From: a virus
Taxonomy: Duplodnaviria; Caudoviricetes
Virus record (IMG/VR): IMGVR_UViG_3300033067_001759
Span: 1-39,498 of that record
DNA: 39,498 nt
Reading direction: 5' to 3' (one strand)
Part shown: piece after piece, positions 6,900 through 16,180 of the stretch
Numbering within the stretch: position 1 is the first letter of the stretch
How the letters are laid out: each line of letters begins with the position of its first letter
Position numbers and translations under genes: made by a program
Notes under the pieces: model-generated
The model's input: the letters and a program-made list of their open reading frames with translations, nothing else
Database searches by the model: none
Told to the model about the DNA's origin: nothing

Positions 6900-8902
6900 T
6901 GCTAGTTGATTATTCGAAATACCACCAAACATTACACGAAATTCTGGAATCTTTAGACATCCGATTTTCAGATATTAAGCCATCAGAATGGGTAGAGAGA
7001 AATCGGGTAATGACATCTGCAGAAAGCAGCATGCCGGGACCGTTTTCCTATAATCGTACACCATATTGCCGTGAAATTGTAGATTGTATGATGCCGGACC
7101 ATCCAGCACGTATCATTTCTGTGATGAAAGGCGCACAGATCGGATTTTCTACAGGTGTAATTGAACCGGCAATTGGTTGGATAATTGCAGAAAGTCCTGG
7201 AACTACCATGCTTTTAACTGGTCATTCAGACTTATCAGAAGAAGCAGTTACTAAAATTGATGGATTAATAGACAGTTGCGGAATCCGGCATTTGATAAAA
7301 CCAACTGTACAGCGTGCCAGAAACACAAAAACCGGTGATACCAATAATAAAAAAGAATTTGCCGGTGGTAGTTTAGTTTCTGGAAGCGCAGGCAATCATA
7401 AATTATTACGTCAGCGTTCTATCCGTTATGGTTTTATAGATGATTTTGATGCTGCAAAGAATAAGTCAAAAGAATCAGGTAGCACGCGTAAAATGATTGA
7501 AAAACGTTTTGCTGCTTATGATGATAAGATGAAGCTGTACTACATTTCCACACCAGAAACACGGCCATCGAATATTGAAGAGGTTTATTTACTTGGTGAT
7601 CAGCGGAAATGGCATGTTCCATGTCCATGTTGCGGTGAAATGATAGTATTAGAATGGTCAATACCTATCGAAAATTCAAAAGAAACCGCTGGAATTACAT
7701 ATAGATTAAATGAAAATAACCGTTTAATTCATGAAAGTGTTGGTTACATATGTCAAAAATGTGGCGATTTCTTTACAGAAAAACATAAATACGACATGAA
7801 TTTGAATGGCAAATGGATTCCAACAGCTATTCCATACCAGGAAGGAAACTATTCTTACCATATTTCTGGATTAAATGCACCACCTAGTAATGCCGGTTGG
7901 GAACAATGTGTGCTGGATTATCTGGAAGCAAATCCACCTGATGGCAATCGTAAGGAAGATTTGCATCAAACTTTTATGAATTTATGCCTAGGTGAAGCTT
8001 ATGAAATTTCTGCAGAAGAAATTAAAGCGACAGAACTGCAGAAGAATATCAGAAATTATGAAATAGGCATTATACCTGAAAAATTATCTATAGAAGATGG
8101 CAACGGTAAAATAGTAATGCTCACGCTAGGTTGCGACTTAAACGGAAAGCTGGATGATGCGCGTTTAGATTTCGAAATTGTTGCGCATTCAGAAAATGCT
8201 GCTACTTATTCTATTTTACACGGAAGCATCGGAACATTTATACCACGTGAAGGCAAAAACGGAATAGATCGGGAAAGATGGACATATCAGCACGGCATGG
8301 AAAAAAGCGTATGGAAAGAATTGGAAAATATTTTACTGAAAAAATATGCAACTGATACTGGCAGAAATATAATGATAGCAGCTGCAGGTATAGATATTGG
8401 ATATGAAACAGAACACGCATGGCAATATATCAATAAAACTAATCATTTTTTTGTAGTTGGTTTAAAAGGAAAGGATATTAATAAATATGTTCCGCTTAAC
8501 AGAGATGCTAAAACTTTTAAAAAATCGTTGGAAAATCCTAAACTGTATCTGGTAGAATCCAATATTTGTAAAGATAAGCTGGCAGAACTGATGCGCTTAA
8601 AGTGGGACAAATCGCTTTCTGATGTGCAGCCTTCCGGATTTATGAATTATCCGGTGCCATCCGGCGGAAAATACCTGTTTGATAATTACTTTTCACATTT
8701 CGAAGCAGAACATCGAAAAATTGACAAAGACGGCCATTACCGCTGGCTAAAAAAATCAGACATGCACCAGAACCACTTGTTTGACTGCCGCATTTATGCC
8801 AATACTGTACGTGATGTATTAGTATGGAACATCTGCAAAGAAATGAAAATACAGAACGGCACCTGGACAGACTATTGTGATATTTTATTAAAAAGAAGAT
8901 AG
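6899..8902 (+). CDS. terL: Terminase large subunit, lambda GpA family
   Basis: GPFSYNRTPY, MKGAQIGFS, YISTP, GDQRKWHVPCPCCG, YICQKCG, NHLFDC. Confidence 0.95.
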   Translation: MLVDYSKYHQTLHEILESLDIRFSDIKPSEWVERNRVMTSAESSMPGPFSYNRTPYCREIVDCMMPDHPARIISVMKGAQIGFSTGVIEPAIGWIIAESPGTTMLLTGHSDLSEEAVTKIDGLIDSCGIRHLIKPTVQRARNTKTGDTNNKKEFAGGSLVSGSAGNHKLLRQRSIRYGFIDDFDAAKNKSKESGSTRKMIEKRFAAYDDKMKLYYISTPETRPSNIEEVYLLGDQRKWHVPCPCCGEMIVLEWSIPIENSKETAGITYRLNENNRLIHESVGYICQKCGDFFTEKHKYDMNLNGKWIPTAIPYQEGNYSYHISGLNAPPSNAGWEQCVLDYLEANPPDGNRKEDLHQTFMNLCLGEAYEISAEEIKATELQKNIRNYEIGIIPEKLSIEDGNGKIVMLTLGCDLNGKLDDARLDFEIVAHSENAATYSILHGSIGTFIPREGKNGIDRERWTYQHGMEKSVWKELENILLKKYATDTGRNIMIAAAGIDIGYETEHAWQYINKTNHFFVVGLKGKDINKYVPLNRDAKTFKKSLENPKLYLVESNICKDKLAELMRLKWDKSLSDVQPSGFMNYPVPSGGKYLFDNYFSHFEAEHRKIDKDGHYRWLKKSDMHQNHLFDCRIYANTVRDVLVWNICKEMKIQNGTWTDYCDILLKRR

Positions 8903-8905
8903 ATT

Positions 8906-9307
8906 ATGAAAGCAAATGTATTAAGGATTGGAAACCATATTGAATATTATATGGAAGATTCACAGGATGAAAGACAAAAATGGTGGGAACTTGATGTAGT
9001 TGATGCAGAAACAATTTTGCATTTTCAATCATATCCGGATGATACAGATTATAGACCTATTCCACTAACTGAAGAATGGCTGATTAAGTTCGGATTTGAA
9101 AAAGATGATACAGGCGTAGATATGTTTGATCAGGATTATCATGAATGGTATCAAAAAGAATTTCCAATTATTGGAGTTCTTTGCCAAAGTAGCGATAAAG
9201 AATATTTATTTGATGAAAATACCGATAAGCTAAGGATTAAATACGTTCATCAACTACAAAATTTATATTTTGCATTAACAAGTGAAGAATTAATTTATAA
9301 AAATTAA
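8906..9307 (+). CDS. Conserved Bacteroidota-phage hypothetical protein
   Basis: LRIGN...PIPLTEEWLIKFGF...IKYVHQLQNLYFALT motifs. Confidence 0.75.
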   Translation: MKANVLRIGNHIEYYMEDSQDERQKWWELDVVDAETILHFQSYPDDTDYRPIPLTEEWLIKFGFEKDDTGVDMFDQDYHEWYQKEFPIIGVLCQSSDKEYLFDENTDKLRIKYVHQLQNLYFALTSEELIYKN

Positions 9308-9310
9308 ATA

Positions 9311-9327
9311 AAAAGTGTTGCACTTTT
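9311..9327. promoter_or_regulatory. Palindromic operator candidate
   Basis: AAAAGTG-ttg-CACTTTT just upstream of a small DNA-binding-like ORF. Confidence 0.4.
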
Positions 9328-9351
9328 AATTTATTATGCTTAATATTGTGC

Positions 9352-9522
9352 ATGGCAAAGGACAAACGCGCCAATAATGGCGGCAAAGGTGGCAGAAAAA
9401 AGATGTTTGAAGAAGGTACAGAACGTATCACAGTAGCAGTACCGGCACCTAAAAAGCAAGAATACAAAGAAAAAATAGAAGAATTTATACAGATAAAATA
9501 CAAAAAAGACAAAGAATTATGA
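9352..9522 (+). CDS. Small basic DNA-binding-like protein (not in ORF track)
   Basis: MAKDKRANNGGKGGRKKMFEEGTERITVAVPAPKKQEYKEKIEEFIQIKYKKDKEL; ATGA overlap with the next gene. Confidence 0.65.
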   Translation: MAKDKRANNGGKGGRKKMFEEGTERITVAVPAPKKQEYKEKIEEFIQIKYKKDKEL

Positions 9523-10082
9523 AAAAAATCATCATTACCGCATGCTTGTTTATGTTGACAGCATCCGCATTTTCTCTACAATTAGCTATTACAGCTACTT
9601 CATTTGATACATCAGCAACAGTAGAACCTGGAAGTGCTCAATGGGCCAATATAAAGTTTGTAGCAGGACCGTATGTTGGTTCCGATCGTCTTCAAATTTT
9701 TATACAGTACAAAGACGCCAACGGATTTTATAATGGTCAGCTGGTAAAATGCTTTGATACGGCATTCTATCCGTTTTATTTTAATCTTCCGGAAAATACA
9801 GATTTAACCAGACGTGTAAATTTTAATTTGCCTGCTACTGCACTTGGCCGTGCTTTTAAAATAATGGTAAACCTTGCACCAACTACATTTTACGGCATTT
9901 TTAATTATACACCGATTATCAGTAGCATTAAAAACAATATAAATAGAAACCAGCCGGTTAAAGAAGTACAATACTTTAACTTTGCCGGGCAACCGCTTTC
10001 AGAACCTGATGGCTTATGCATCCGTAAAACCATCTATGAAGATGAATCATTTGAAAGCAAACAAGTTTTTATAGTAAAATAG
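9519..10082 (+). CDS. Secreted protein with signal peptide and T9SS C-terminal-domain-like tail
   Basis: Signal MKKIIITACLFMLTASAFS. C-terminus ISSIKN...VQYFNFAGQ...GLCIRKTIYED...KQVFIVK. Confidence 0.6.
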   Translation: MKKIIITACLFMLTASAFSLQLAITATSFDTSATVEPGSAQWANIKFVAGPYVGSDRLQIFIQYKDANGFYNGQLVKCFDTAFYPFYFNLPENTDLTRRVNFNLPATALGRAFKIMVNLAPTTFYGIFNYTPIISSIKNNINRNQPVKEVQYFNFAGQPLSEPDGLCIRKTIYEDESFESKQVFIVK

Positions 10083-10089
10083 AATTATT

Positions 10090-10290
10090 ATGTTTATAAC
10101 AGATGATGGATTTCAATTACAAAAATACGGAATGTGGTTTGTAGTTACTCATAATTCTGAAACTACAAATAGTATTCCAGCCAATAATGCTATTATTGGT
10201 GTAAATAATAATAGTTATTCAAATTTATTTCTAAAAGAAGAAAATGCAATTAAATTTATAGAATTATTACAAAATAATAATTCCAAATAA
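10090..10290 (+). CDS. Hypothetical protein
   Basis: 66-aa ORF in operon position, converging on the reverse-strand operon. Confidence 0.45.
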   Translation: MFITDDGFQLQKYGMWFVVTHNSETTNSIPANNAIIGVNNNSYSNLFLKEENAIKFIELLQNNNSK

Positions 10291-11025
10291 ATCATCCACT
10301 TCCACTAGCTTCTGTCTGTAATCTTTCAGGTAATAACCGGATTTAGTTTCATCAGAATAGTAATCCTGCAATAGCTGGCTGCGTTCAATATTTGCTTTTG
10401 CAGAAGAATTGCGCGCTTTTCGTTCAATATCTTTGCGAACCCAGCTGTAATGATGCATTGGCGCATCCATTAATTCTGTATTGTATAAATTTAAACATAC
10501 ATCATTTATTTGTATTTTCCGTGTAGGATCTACATAATACGGATAGTATTTTGCACCGGCAAACGTGCTTTCTTTTAGTTCATGGATAAACGGCACGTAA
10601 TAATTGTCCGGCGCTTCCAGACGTAATGTTGGCTTTTTAAAATAGGTCATTATTTTGCAAACAGATCCTTTTGCACCGGATGCCAGAAACTGCTGTTTCA
10701 TGCCGCCAAAATTTTCATAGTATTCATCACAGTCCAAATGCAGAAAGTGTGTGCATCCTTCTTCTTTGGCATACTGCAGGCCTAAATTACGTTTCAGTAT
10801 CTCATTTTCAGTTCCACAATATCTTCTCGGTTCATATTTTACCAGCAATACTTCACAACCAAAGTCCGGCACTTTAAAATCATCCATCGGATTATACCGT
10901 TCACCAAAGTTGGAAACATCCTGCCACACCAGGATAAAAATATCTACTTCATCCTTCAGGCATTTCATACTGCCGTACAGCAGTTCAACACCATCCCAAA
11001 CATTATAAATGGCGGCTAATTTCAT
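10267..11025 (-). CDS. Glycosyltransferase, GT-A fold (GT2-like)
   Basis: MKLAAIYNVWDG start, KRNLGLQYA, HLDCDEY (DxD), MHHYSWVR. Confidence 0.75.
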   Translation of the reverse strand: MKLAAIYNVWDGVELLYGSMKCLKDEVDIFILVWQDVSNFGERYNPMDDFKVPDFGCEVLLVKYEPRRYCGTENEILKRNLGLQYAKEEGCTHFLHLDCDEYYENFGGMKQQFLASGAKGSVCKIMTYFKKPTLRLEAPDNYYVPFIHELKESTFAGAKYYPYYVDPTRKIQINDVCLNLYNTELMDAPMHHYSWVRKDIERKARNSSAKANIERSQLLQDYYSDETKSGYYLKDYRQKLVEVDDLFGIIIL

Positions 11026-11300
11026 TCTTTACAAGTTGGTTCAGGTAGTTCTTTACTATCATTTCCACGTTGTGGCTTATTTTGTAATTCTCTTAAATAG
11101 ACTTTTGCCCAATTTTTAAGGTAATCAGCAGTCGCTTTTTTACCTTCATGAAATCCAATCTGATAAATTTCATCATTAGATGCATATTGATCAGTGCGGC
11201 ATTGTTTAATACCATCGGATTTTCCGAAAAAATACCCGGATAAAAATGCCAGTAATCCAACAACCGGTATGGCAATAGATAAAATTGTTTGTAATTCCAT
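11022..11300 (-). CDS. Small membrane-anchored protein
   Basis: N-terminal TM segment; ATGA-coupled to the downstream gene. Confidence 0.65.
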   Translation of the reverse strand: MELQTILSIAIPVVGLLAFLSGYFFGKSDGIKQCRTDQYASNDEIYQIGFHEGKKATADYLKNWAKVYLRELQNKPQRGNDSKELPEPTCKE

Positions 11301-11306
11301 AATTTT

Positions 11307-11900
11307 TTATTTACACAAAATGATATTTTCAGCGTTTAAATACTTTGTTTGTAAACCAAATGGTTCAAGTTTACTTACAATTTCTACAATACGTTCATCG
11401 TGCTCAATGCAAATCATTTCTATCTGTTGCCAGAACCAATCCGGAATAGCATTAAAAATTTGCATGTTGGTAGCTTCCGTATCAATGCTGATAAAGCTGG
11501 CATCTTTGCCATGCGCTTCCAGAAATTCTACGACATGCAGCTGCGGAACTTTAATAGTTTGAAAATTAACACCACCTTTCTGCCACTTTTCTTTATGTTC
11601 CTGCACTGATGTAGAAACAGCATCACCACCGGAAGAATAGAATTCCAGTTCTTCATTTGAAACACCGATGGCAACATTCAGCACTGTAATGCGTGGTATA
11701 TTTTCGTAATGTTCGGCGATTGCTTTATAGTTTATTGGATCCGCTTCAACCAACACACCATTCCATCCTTCTTCAAAAAGTTTGCGCGTATTGGATAACT
11801 GAAATACATGAAAAGCGCCGATGTCAATAAATTTTCCAACCTTGTTTTTTTTGGCAAAATATTCCGTAATAATCTGTTCTTCTTTGTTTTGTGAGTACAT
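11307..11900 (-). CDS. FkbM-family SAM methyltransferase
   Basis: YSQNKEE, FIDIGA, SNT..L...GWNGVLVEA, FISIDTE, ICIEH. Confidence 0.9.
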   Translation of the reverse strand: MYSQNKEEQIITEYFAKKNKVGKFIDIGAFHVFQLSNTRKLFEEGWNGVLVEADPINYKAIAEHYENIPRITVLNVAIGVSNEELEFYSSGGDAVSTSVQEHKEKWQKGGVNFQTIKVPQLHVVEFLEAHGKDASFISIDTEATNMQIFNAIPDWFWQQIEMICIEHDERIVEIVSKLEPFGLQTKYLNAENIILCK

Positions 11901-11906
11901 AAATGC

Positions 11907-12476
11907 TTATTTTATAATGACTAATACATCATCAAAACGGTTCAGAATATGCCTTCTGTCCAGAATGGTGACTGTTTTACTTTTATCAATATTTTCAAAA
12001 GCGGCCCGGCTTTTATCAATGTCTTCAATGTCTTCAATAATGTAAATGCCACTTGGTGCCAGGTATTCTTTGTAAATTTGGTACAGCTTAAGTTGCTGTT
12101 CCAGCGAGTGGTTTGCATCTTCAATAATGACATTGAACTTCTTACCATAAAAATGAAAATCCACTTCTTCAGGGTTTTCCGCATCAAATATTTTAATGGT
12201 ATGTTCACCGCTTTTAATCATTTCGCGCAAATCTGCCATGCCATCGTGTGGTGTTTCGTGGCAATCCACACCAATTACATCTGCAAATTCAAAATACTGT
12301 TCCCACAAGCGTAAAGAATTTCCTTTAAACACACCGATTTCCAGCACTTTATTGGCTGTTTTACGATATGGTTCCAGGAATTCTTCATACACATCAATAT
12401 AACTGTGTACGGTGCCTTTGTCCGTTTCAAATCCCTGTTGCTGCAGTGTTTGAAATATGTTTTTTAATGTGTTCAT
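11907..12476 (-). CDS. Class I SAM-dependent (sugar O-) methyltransferase
   Basis: TDKGTVHSYIDVYE, VLEIGVFKGNSLRLW, IIEDANH, GIYIIEDI. Confidence 0.85.
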   Translation of the reverse strand: MNTLKNIFQTLQQQGFETDKGTVHSYIDVYEEFLEPYRKTANKVLEIGVFKGNSLRLWEQYFEFADVIGVDCHETPHDGMADLREMIKSGEHTIKIFDAENPEEVDFHFYGKKFNVIIEDANHSLEQQLKLYQIYKEYLAPSGIYIIEDIEDIDKSRAAFENIDKSKTVTILDRRHILNRFDDVLVIIK

Positions 12477-13333
12477 AATGGATATCTTTTGCCTGCTATT
12501 TCTACCTGATTATCCATTTTTTCATAACCTAAATTTTCAGGATGTCCTAAGTTTATAATAATTCCTTCTGAAAGCCAACTGGCAACCGAACCGGTGCTGC
12601 TTCTGTTTTTTATATACCAGAAACATTTCGAAAATAACCAAACCATAAGCGCAGGTTGCATGCCGCGTTCAAATCCGCTTATTGGAATATGTCTTTCAGG
12701 ATTATCCAGGCTGCCAAGCGGCGAAGAATGAAATTCATCAATATTAAATGACTGCGGATAACGGTCCAGCAGCGGCTGCAAAATGGTTTCTTCTTCTGCT
12801 GTACACATGATGCGCGCATCTGGTGTAGCTTCCAGTGCCAAATCTATGTATTTAAAATACGTTTCAATTGGCATCCGCGGACGGCCATCTGTTACGTTAT
12901 CCGTTCCGCGCCAGGTAATACCAATAGTTTTAGAAAAATTTATGTTGTATTTTTCTACTATCTGTTGTCCGCGCTGGTTAACCACATCATTAAAATGCAG
13001 GTATTTTTTGTAATATTCTTTAATGACATCCAACGGTTGTGCCATAAACGGCACAGGGCTGCTATCCTGCCAGTTTTCCCAAGTCCATACTTCAGTTGCC
13101 GGTTGAACTTCTTTTATTTTTGGCTGTGTAAAATACCACTCAAACATATTTGGAATCGTCGAAAACTTTTCAGTATCGTGGTATGGTAGCAGCGCGCGTG
13201 GCGGTGTATGTCCATCCGGCCAGTTAATGTAAACGTCTTTTCCCTGTTGTTCTGCTGCCCACATTTGCCAGAATGCACAGTAAATCCATGTGGTTAAGGT
13301 AGCTGCAACGTCTGTTTTTTCTAAATAAATCAT
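12473..13333 (-). CDS. NodZ/fucosyltransferase-like glycosyltransferase
   Basis: NMFEWYFTQP, IGITWRGTD (H/W-x-R-G-T-D GDP-fucose motif), LFSKC..YI...SS. Confidence 0.65.
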   Translation of the reverse strand: MIYLEKTDVAATLTTWIYCAFWQMWAAEQQGKDVYINWPDGHTPPRALLPYHDTEKFSTIPNMFEWYFTQPKIKEVQPATEVWTWENWQDSSPVPFMAQPLDVIKEYYKKYLHFNDVVNQRGQQIVEKYNINFSKTIGITWRGTDNVTDGRPRMPIETYFKYIDLALEATPDARIMCTAEEETILQPLLDRYPQSFNIDEFHSSPLGSLDNPERHIPISGFERGMQPALMVWLFSKCFWYIKNRSSTGSVASWLSEGIIINLGHPENLGYEKMDNQVEIAGKRYPL

Positions 13334-14031
13334 TGTATCAGTTTTTGTAATTCATATTCATAACTTGCCGTTAAATCTTTTGTAGTATCAGTGCTGTCAA
13401 CTTTTCCGGTAGAAAAATCTATAGTTTGCCAGGTACGATGAAAACCAAATGGAAATTCACGTAAATATTTTGGATTACGGTTTCCGCCCTGTGCAAAATC
13501 ACATGCCTGTTCTTTAGTTGCAAACTTAAAGTGACTAAAAGATTTATTCAAACACAATACACCATCTTCATAATAACCTAATCCTTGCTGCAATATTTCA
13601 GTATCTTCAAAAGATTCATTCCAATCTGGTAATAATTCTGCTGCATATTGCATAAGTTTTTTAGACCGCAAAGAAAATCCACCGCTTCCAACCCCATCAA
13701 ATTGTACAAATAATGGTCCTATATAATCCAGTTCCAGCCATTCCATTTTAAATGATTGCGCATTTAATATCCAGCCATCACGTTGTACAATCAATAAATT
13801 TGGCGTGTCAATATATTGATGCAGCTTTTTAAGCATAAAAACAGAATACATTACTAAAGAAGTCAGCGGCATAATTTCTACACGGTGTTCAGATTCTGCC
13901 GGAAGATGTGTTAGCAGCTTCACAGCACCAAAATCAGCCTTTTGTTTACAGATTTCCAGCACCATTGCCGCGCGGTTTGCATCTACGCAGTCAACACAAA
14001 CTAATGTAACTGTAGGTAATTGTAGTTTCAT
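13330..14031 (-). CDS. DUF5672-like putative glycosyltransferase
   Basis: LPTVTLVCVD, YSVFMLKKL..YIDT..LLIVQRDGWILN, DYIGP, VGSGGFSLRSKKL, ED, PFGFH. Confidence 0.75.
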   Translation of the reverse strand: MKLQLPTVTLVCVDCVDANRAAMVLEICKQKADFGAVKLLTHLPAESEHRVEIMPLTSLVMYSVFMLKKLHQYIDTPNLLIVQRDGWILNAQSFKMEWLELDYIGPLFVQFDGVGSGGFSLRSKKLMQYAAELLPDWNESFEDTEILQQGLGYYEDGVLCLNKSFSHFKFATKEQACDFAQGGNRNPKYLREFPFGFHRTWQTIDFSTGKVDSTDTTKDLTASYEYELQKLIQ

Positions 14032-14621
14032 TTATTGCTTATAAATCTGTAGTGATACAATATTTTTTCTGTGTAAAATTCATTTTTTAGTAATCCCGAT
14101 TTGTGTATTTGTTTGGACCAGTCATGATCTTCACCAAAATTCTTTTCAGGAAACTTAAACTGTTTGGCAATTTCCGCCCGAATGCAGTTCAAATGATTTG
14201 GATAACGTTCGTATTTTACAAAGTTGTCTGTGGTTTTCCATTCATTATATTTTAAAGAATGTTCGAAAATTTCTGGATTGTTACCGTTGGTAGTCATTAT
14301 GCCACGTAAAGAAACTACATCAGGTTCTGTTGCTAATGCCGTTCTGATAGTAGAAATATAATCGCTTTTTGGAAAATCATCATCATCAAAGGAGCAAATA
14401 TATTTACCTTCTGCAGCTTTTAAAAGTCTGTTTCTTTTAGCACCTAAGCATAAATTTTCATCTTTATCCATTAAAATTTCTATATCAGAAAAAATGTATT
14501 TTTTAATTTCACCAATAGTAATACGTAAATTACCACCTATTTGTATTTCAAATTCACTTAAAAGTGAATACAGCATTTCTTTTCTGCTGCTTATAGTAGG
14601 TATTAAAATAGATAGCATCAT
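14028..14621 (-). CDS. Glycosyltransferase family 2
   Basis: LSILIPT..R, GAKRNRLL..AEGKYICSFDDDD, FGEDHDW. Confidence 0.85.
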   Translation of the reverse strand: MMLSILIPTISSRKEMLYSLLSEFEIQIGGNLRITIGEIKKYIFSDIEILMDKDENLCLGAKRNRLLKAAEGKYICSFDDDDFPKSDYISTIRTALATEPDVVSLRGIMTTNGNNPEIFEHSLKYNEWKTTDNFVKYERYPNHLNCIRAEIAKQFKFPEKNFGEDHDWSKQIHKSGLLKNEFYTEKILYHYRFISNK

Positions 14622-15268
14622 AGTGGAAAATTTACAGATTTACGTTTATAATAAGTTAGCTTTCCAGAATCCCAGTGTTGATTATTTCGTAAATAAGTAG
14701 CATCCTTTTCTGCTTTTCCGTTGCAATAATGATGATGTGGAAATACAAGTGTTGGAACTTCCAATAGCCAGTTGTTATTTTTGCTGGTCCAGTATAAATC
14801 CTGGTCAACAAACATAGATTTGTATTGCGGATGCCATAAATAACCTAGCTTATTATACAAAGTCCGGTTCATTATTGGTATGGTAATAATATCTACTTCA
14901 AATTTCTGTAAAGCATCGTCTGTTTTTAAAATCAATGGCTTTTCCATGCCAGCATCTAAAAAAATACGGATTATTTTTTCATCCCATCCGGCAGGACAAA
15001 CAAAATCATCTGATAGATAAACTAGAATATCACCGGTCGCAACAGATGCAGCTAAATTCGTAGCTTCTACTAAACAACTGTTATTATTTTCTATAATACA
15101 AGATCTTGTAAAAAGCAATCTATATTTAGAAATTTCAGGATCATCAGTATCTAATGATAAAACATGTTCAATTTCAAACATCAAACTACTGCAATTAAGC
15201 CAATTCATAAAAGTATGATAAGCTTTCATGGCACGTCCGCGCGATGGATGTATTAAAGATATTTTCAT
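14618..15268 (-). CDS. Glycosyltransferase, GT-A fold
   Basis: ISLIHPSRGR, ATN..A..ATGDILVYLSDD, Y.SMFVD.DL, HHH. Confidence 0.8.
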   Translation of the reverse strand: MKISLIHPSRGRAMKAYHTFMNWLNCSSLMFEIEHVLSLDTDDPEISKYRLLFTRSCIIENNNSCLVEATNLAASVATGDILVYLSDDFVCPAGWDEKIIRIFLDAGMEKPLILKTDDALQKFEVDIITIPIMNRTLYNKLGYLWHPQYKSMFVDQDLYWTSKNNNWLLEVPTLVFPHHHYCNGKAEKDATYLRNNQHWDSGKLTYYKRKSVNFPL

Positions 15269-15396
15269 GATAATTGTAATTCTAACTGTTTCATTTCAGC
15301 CGCAGTTTTTTTTATCTGAATTAATTTCTTTTTTGTTGATGGATGATTTTTCCATTCTTCAAACGTAAAAGGATATTTTAAAGGCTTAATTTTCAT
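15265..15396 (-). CDS. 43-aa hypothetical protein (not in ORF track)
   Basis: MKIKPLKYPFTFEEWKNHPSTKKKLIQIKKTAAEMKQLELQLS; fills the gap and overlaps both neighbours (ATGA coupling). Confidence 0.55.
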   Translation of the reverse strand: MKIKPLKYPFTFEEWKNHPSTKKKLIQIKKTAAEMKQLELQLS

Positions 15397-16054
15397 TATA
15401 ATACTGTGTATAAAAATTAAAACTTTCAAAATCATCATGTTCCTGTATCATGTGCTTATGCAGATACACAAACTTTTCATCTTTATTGGTAAATCGGTGC
15501 AGTTTGTCAACATGGTTTACACCGCCGCAAAGTCCTACACCATGTTTTATACCTATTGCAATTGGATTTACAGGATTAACAATTTTGCCATTTAATCCGG
15601 TATGCAGCCATAAATGTAAATCTGTGTAAGGATCATTGTCAGCACACCAGCTAAAATGCAAATCTGGTTTTATAAGCGTATTCATGGCGCTGGCACGTTC
15701 CGGATGATTCATAGTAAAATATCCGCGTTCTTTCAAGTGATAATATACAGTGTATGCAGTACCAAATAAATCTGGCATATCATAATGCATCCATCGTTTC
15801 ACCATGAATTCTATATAATTAGGTGCATACCAGTCGTCATTTTCAATCAATAAAATACAATCAAATCCTTTTCCGCGCAAACGTTCATATCCTGTACGAT
15901 AACGCCAGGTAATATCTTTTTCTGCAGAAAGTGGAGGATCAGCCACAATTTCGATGTGATCAGGTGGTATTGTTTGTTTGCGCATCATCCGCAAACAATT
16001 ATTTAAAAATTCGTGGCGGTCGCCACGGTCCGGTATGATGATTGCAGTCTTCAT
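15386..16054 (-). CDS. Glycosyltransferase, GT-A fold
   Basis: MKTAIIIPDRGDR..FL...L....QT, ILLIENDDWY. Confidence 0.75.
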   Translation of the reverse strand: MKTAIIIPDRGDRHEFLNNCLRMMRKQTIPPDHIEIVADPPLSAEKDITWRYRTGYERLRGKGFDCILLIENDDWYAPNYIEFMVKRWMHYDMPDLFGTAYTVYYHLKERGYFTMNHPERASAMNTLIKPDLHFSWCADNDPYTDLHLWLHTGLNGKIVNPVNPIAIGIKHGVGLCGGVNHVDKLHRFTNKDEKFVYLHKHMIQEHDDFESFNFYTQYYNEN

Positions 16055-16058
16055 ACAC

Positions 16059-16148
16059 CAAAAGTAAGTATGCAAATACTGTTCATTATTTTTTCATTGG
16101 TAAATAACCCATAAAAAAAACTGATGTTGCTTTTGTATTATAGTTTTG
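16059..16148. promoter_or_regulatory. Divergent promoter pair around a 35-bp palindromic element
   Basis: TAnnTTTG boxes at 16066-16059 (minus, TACTTTTG) and 16141-16148 (plus, TAGTTTTG), nearly symmetric about element 16087-16121. Confidence 0.65.
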
Positions 16149-16180
16149 ACTTATCAATTTATAACAATAAACGTATTTCA

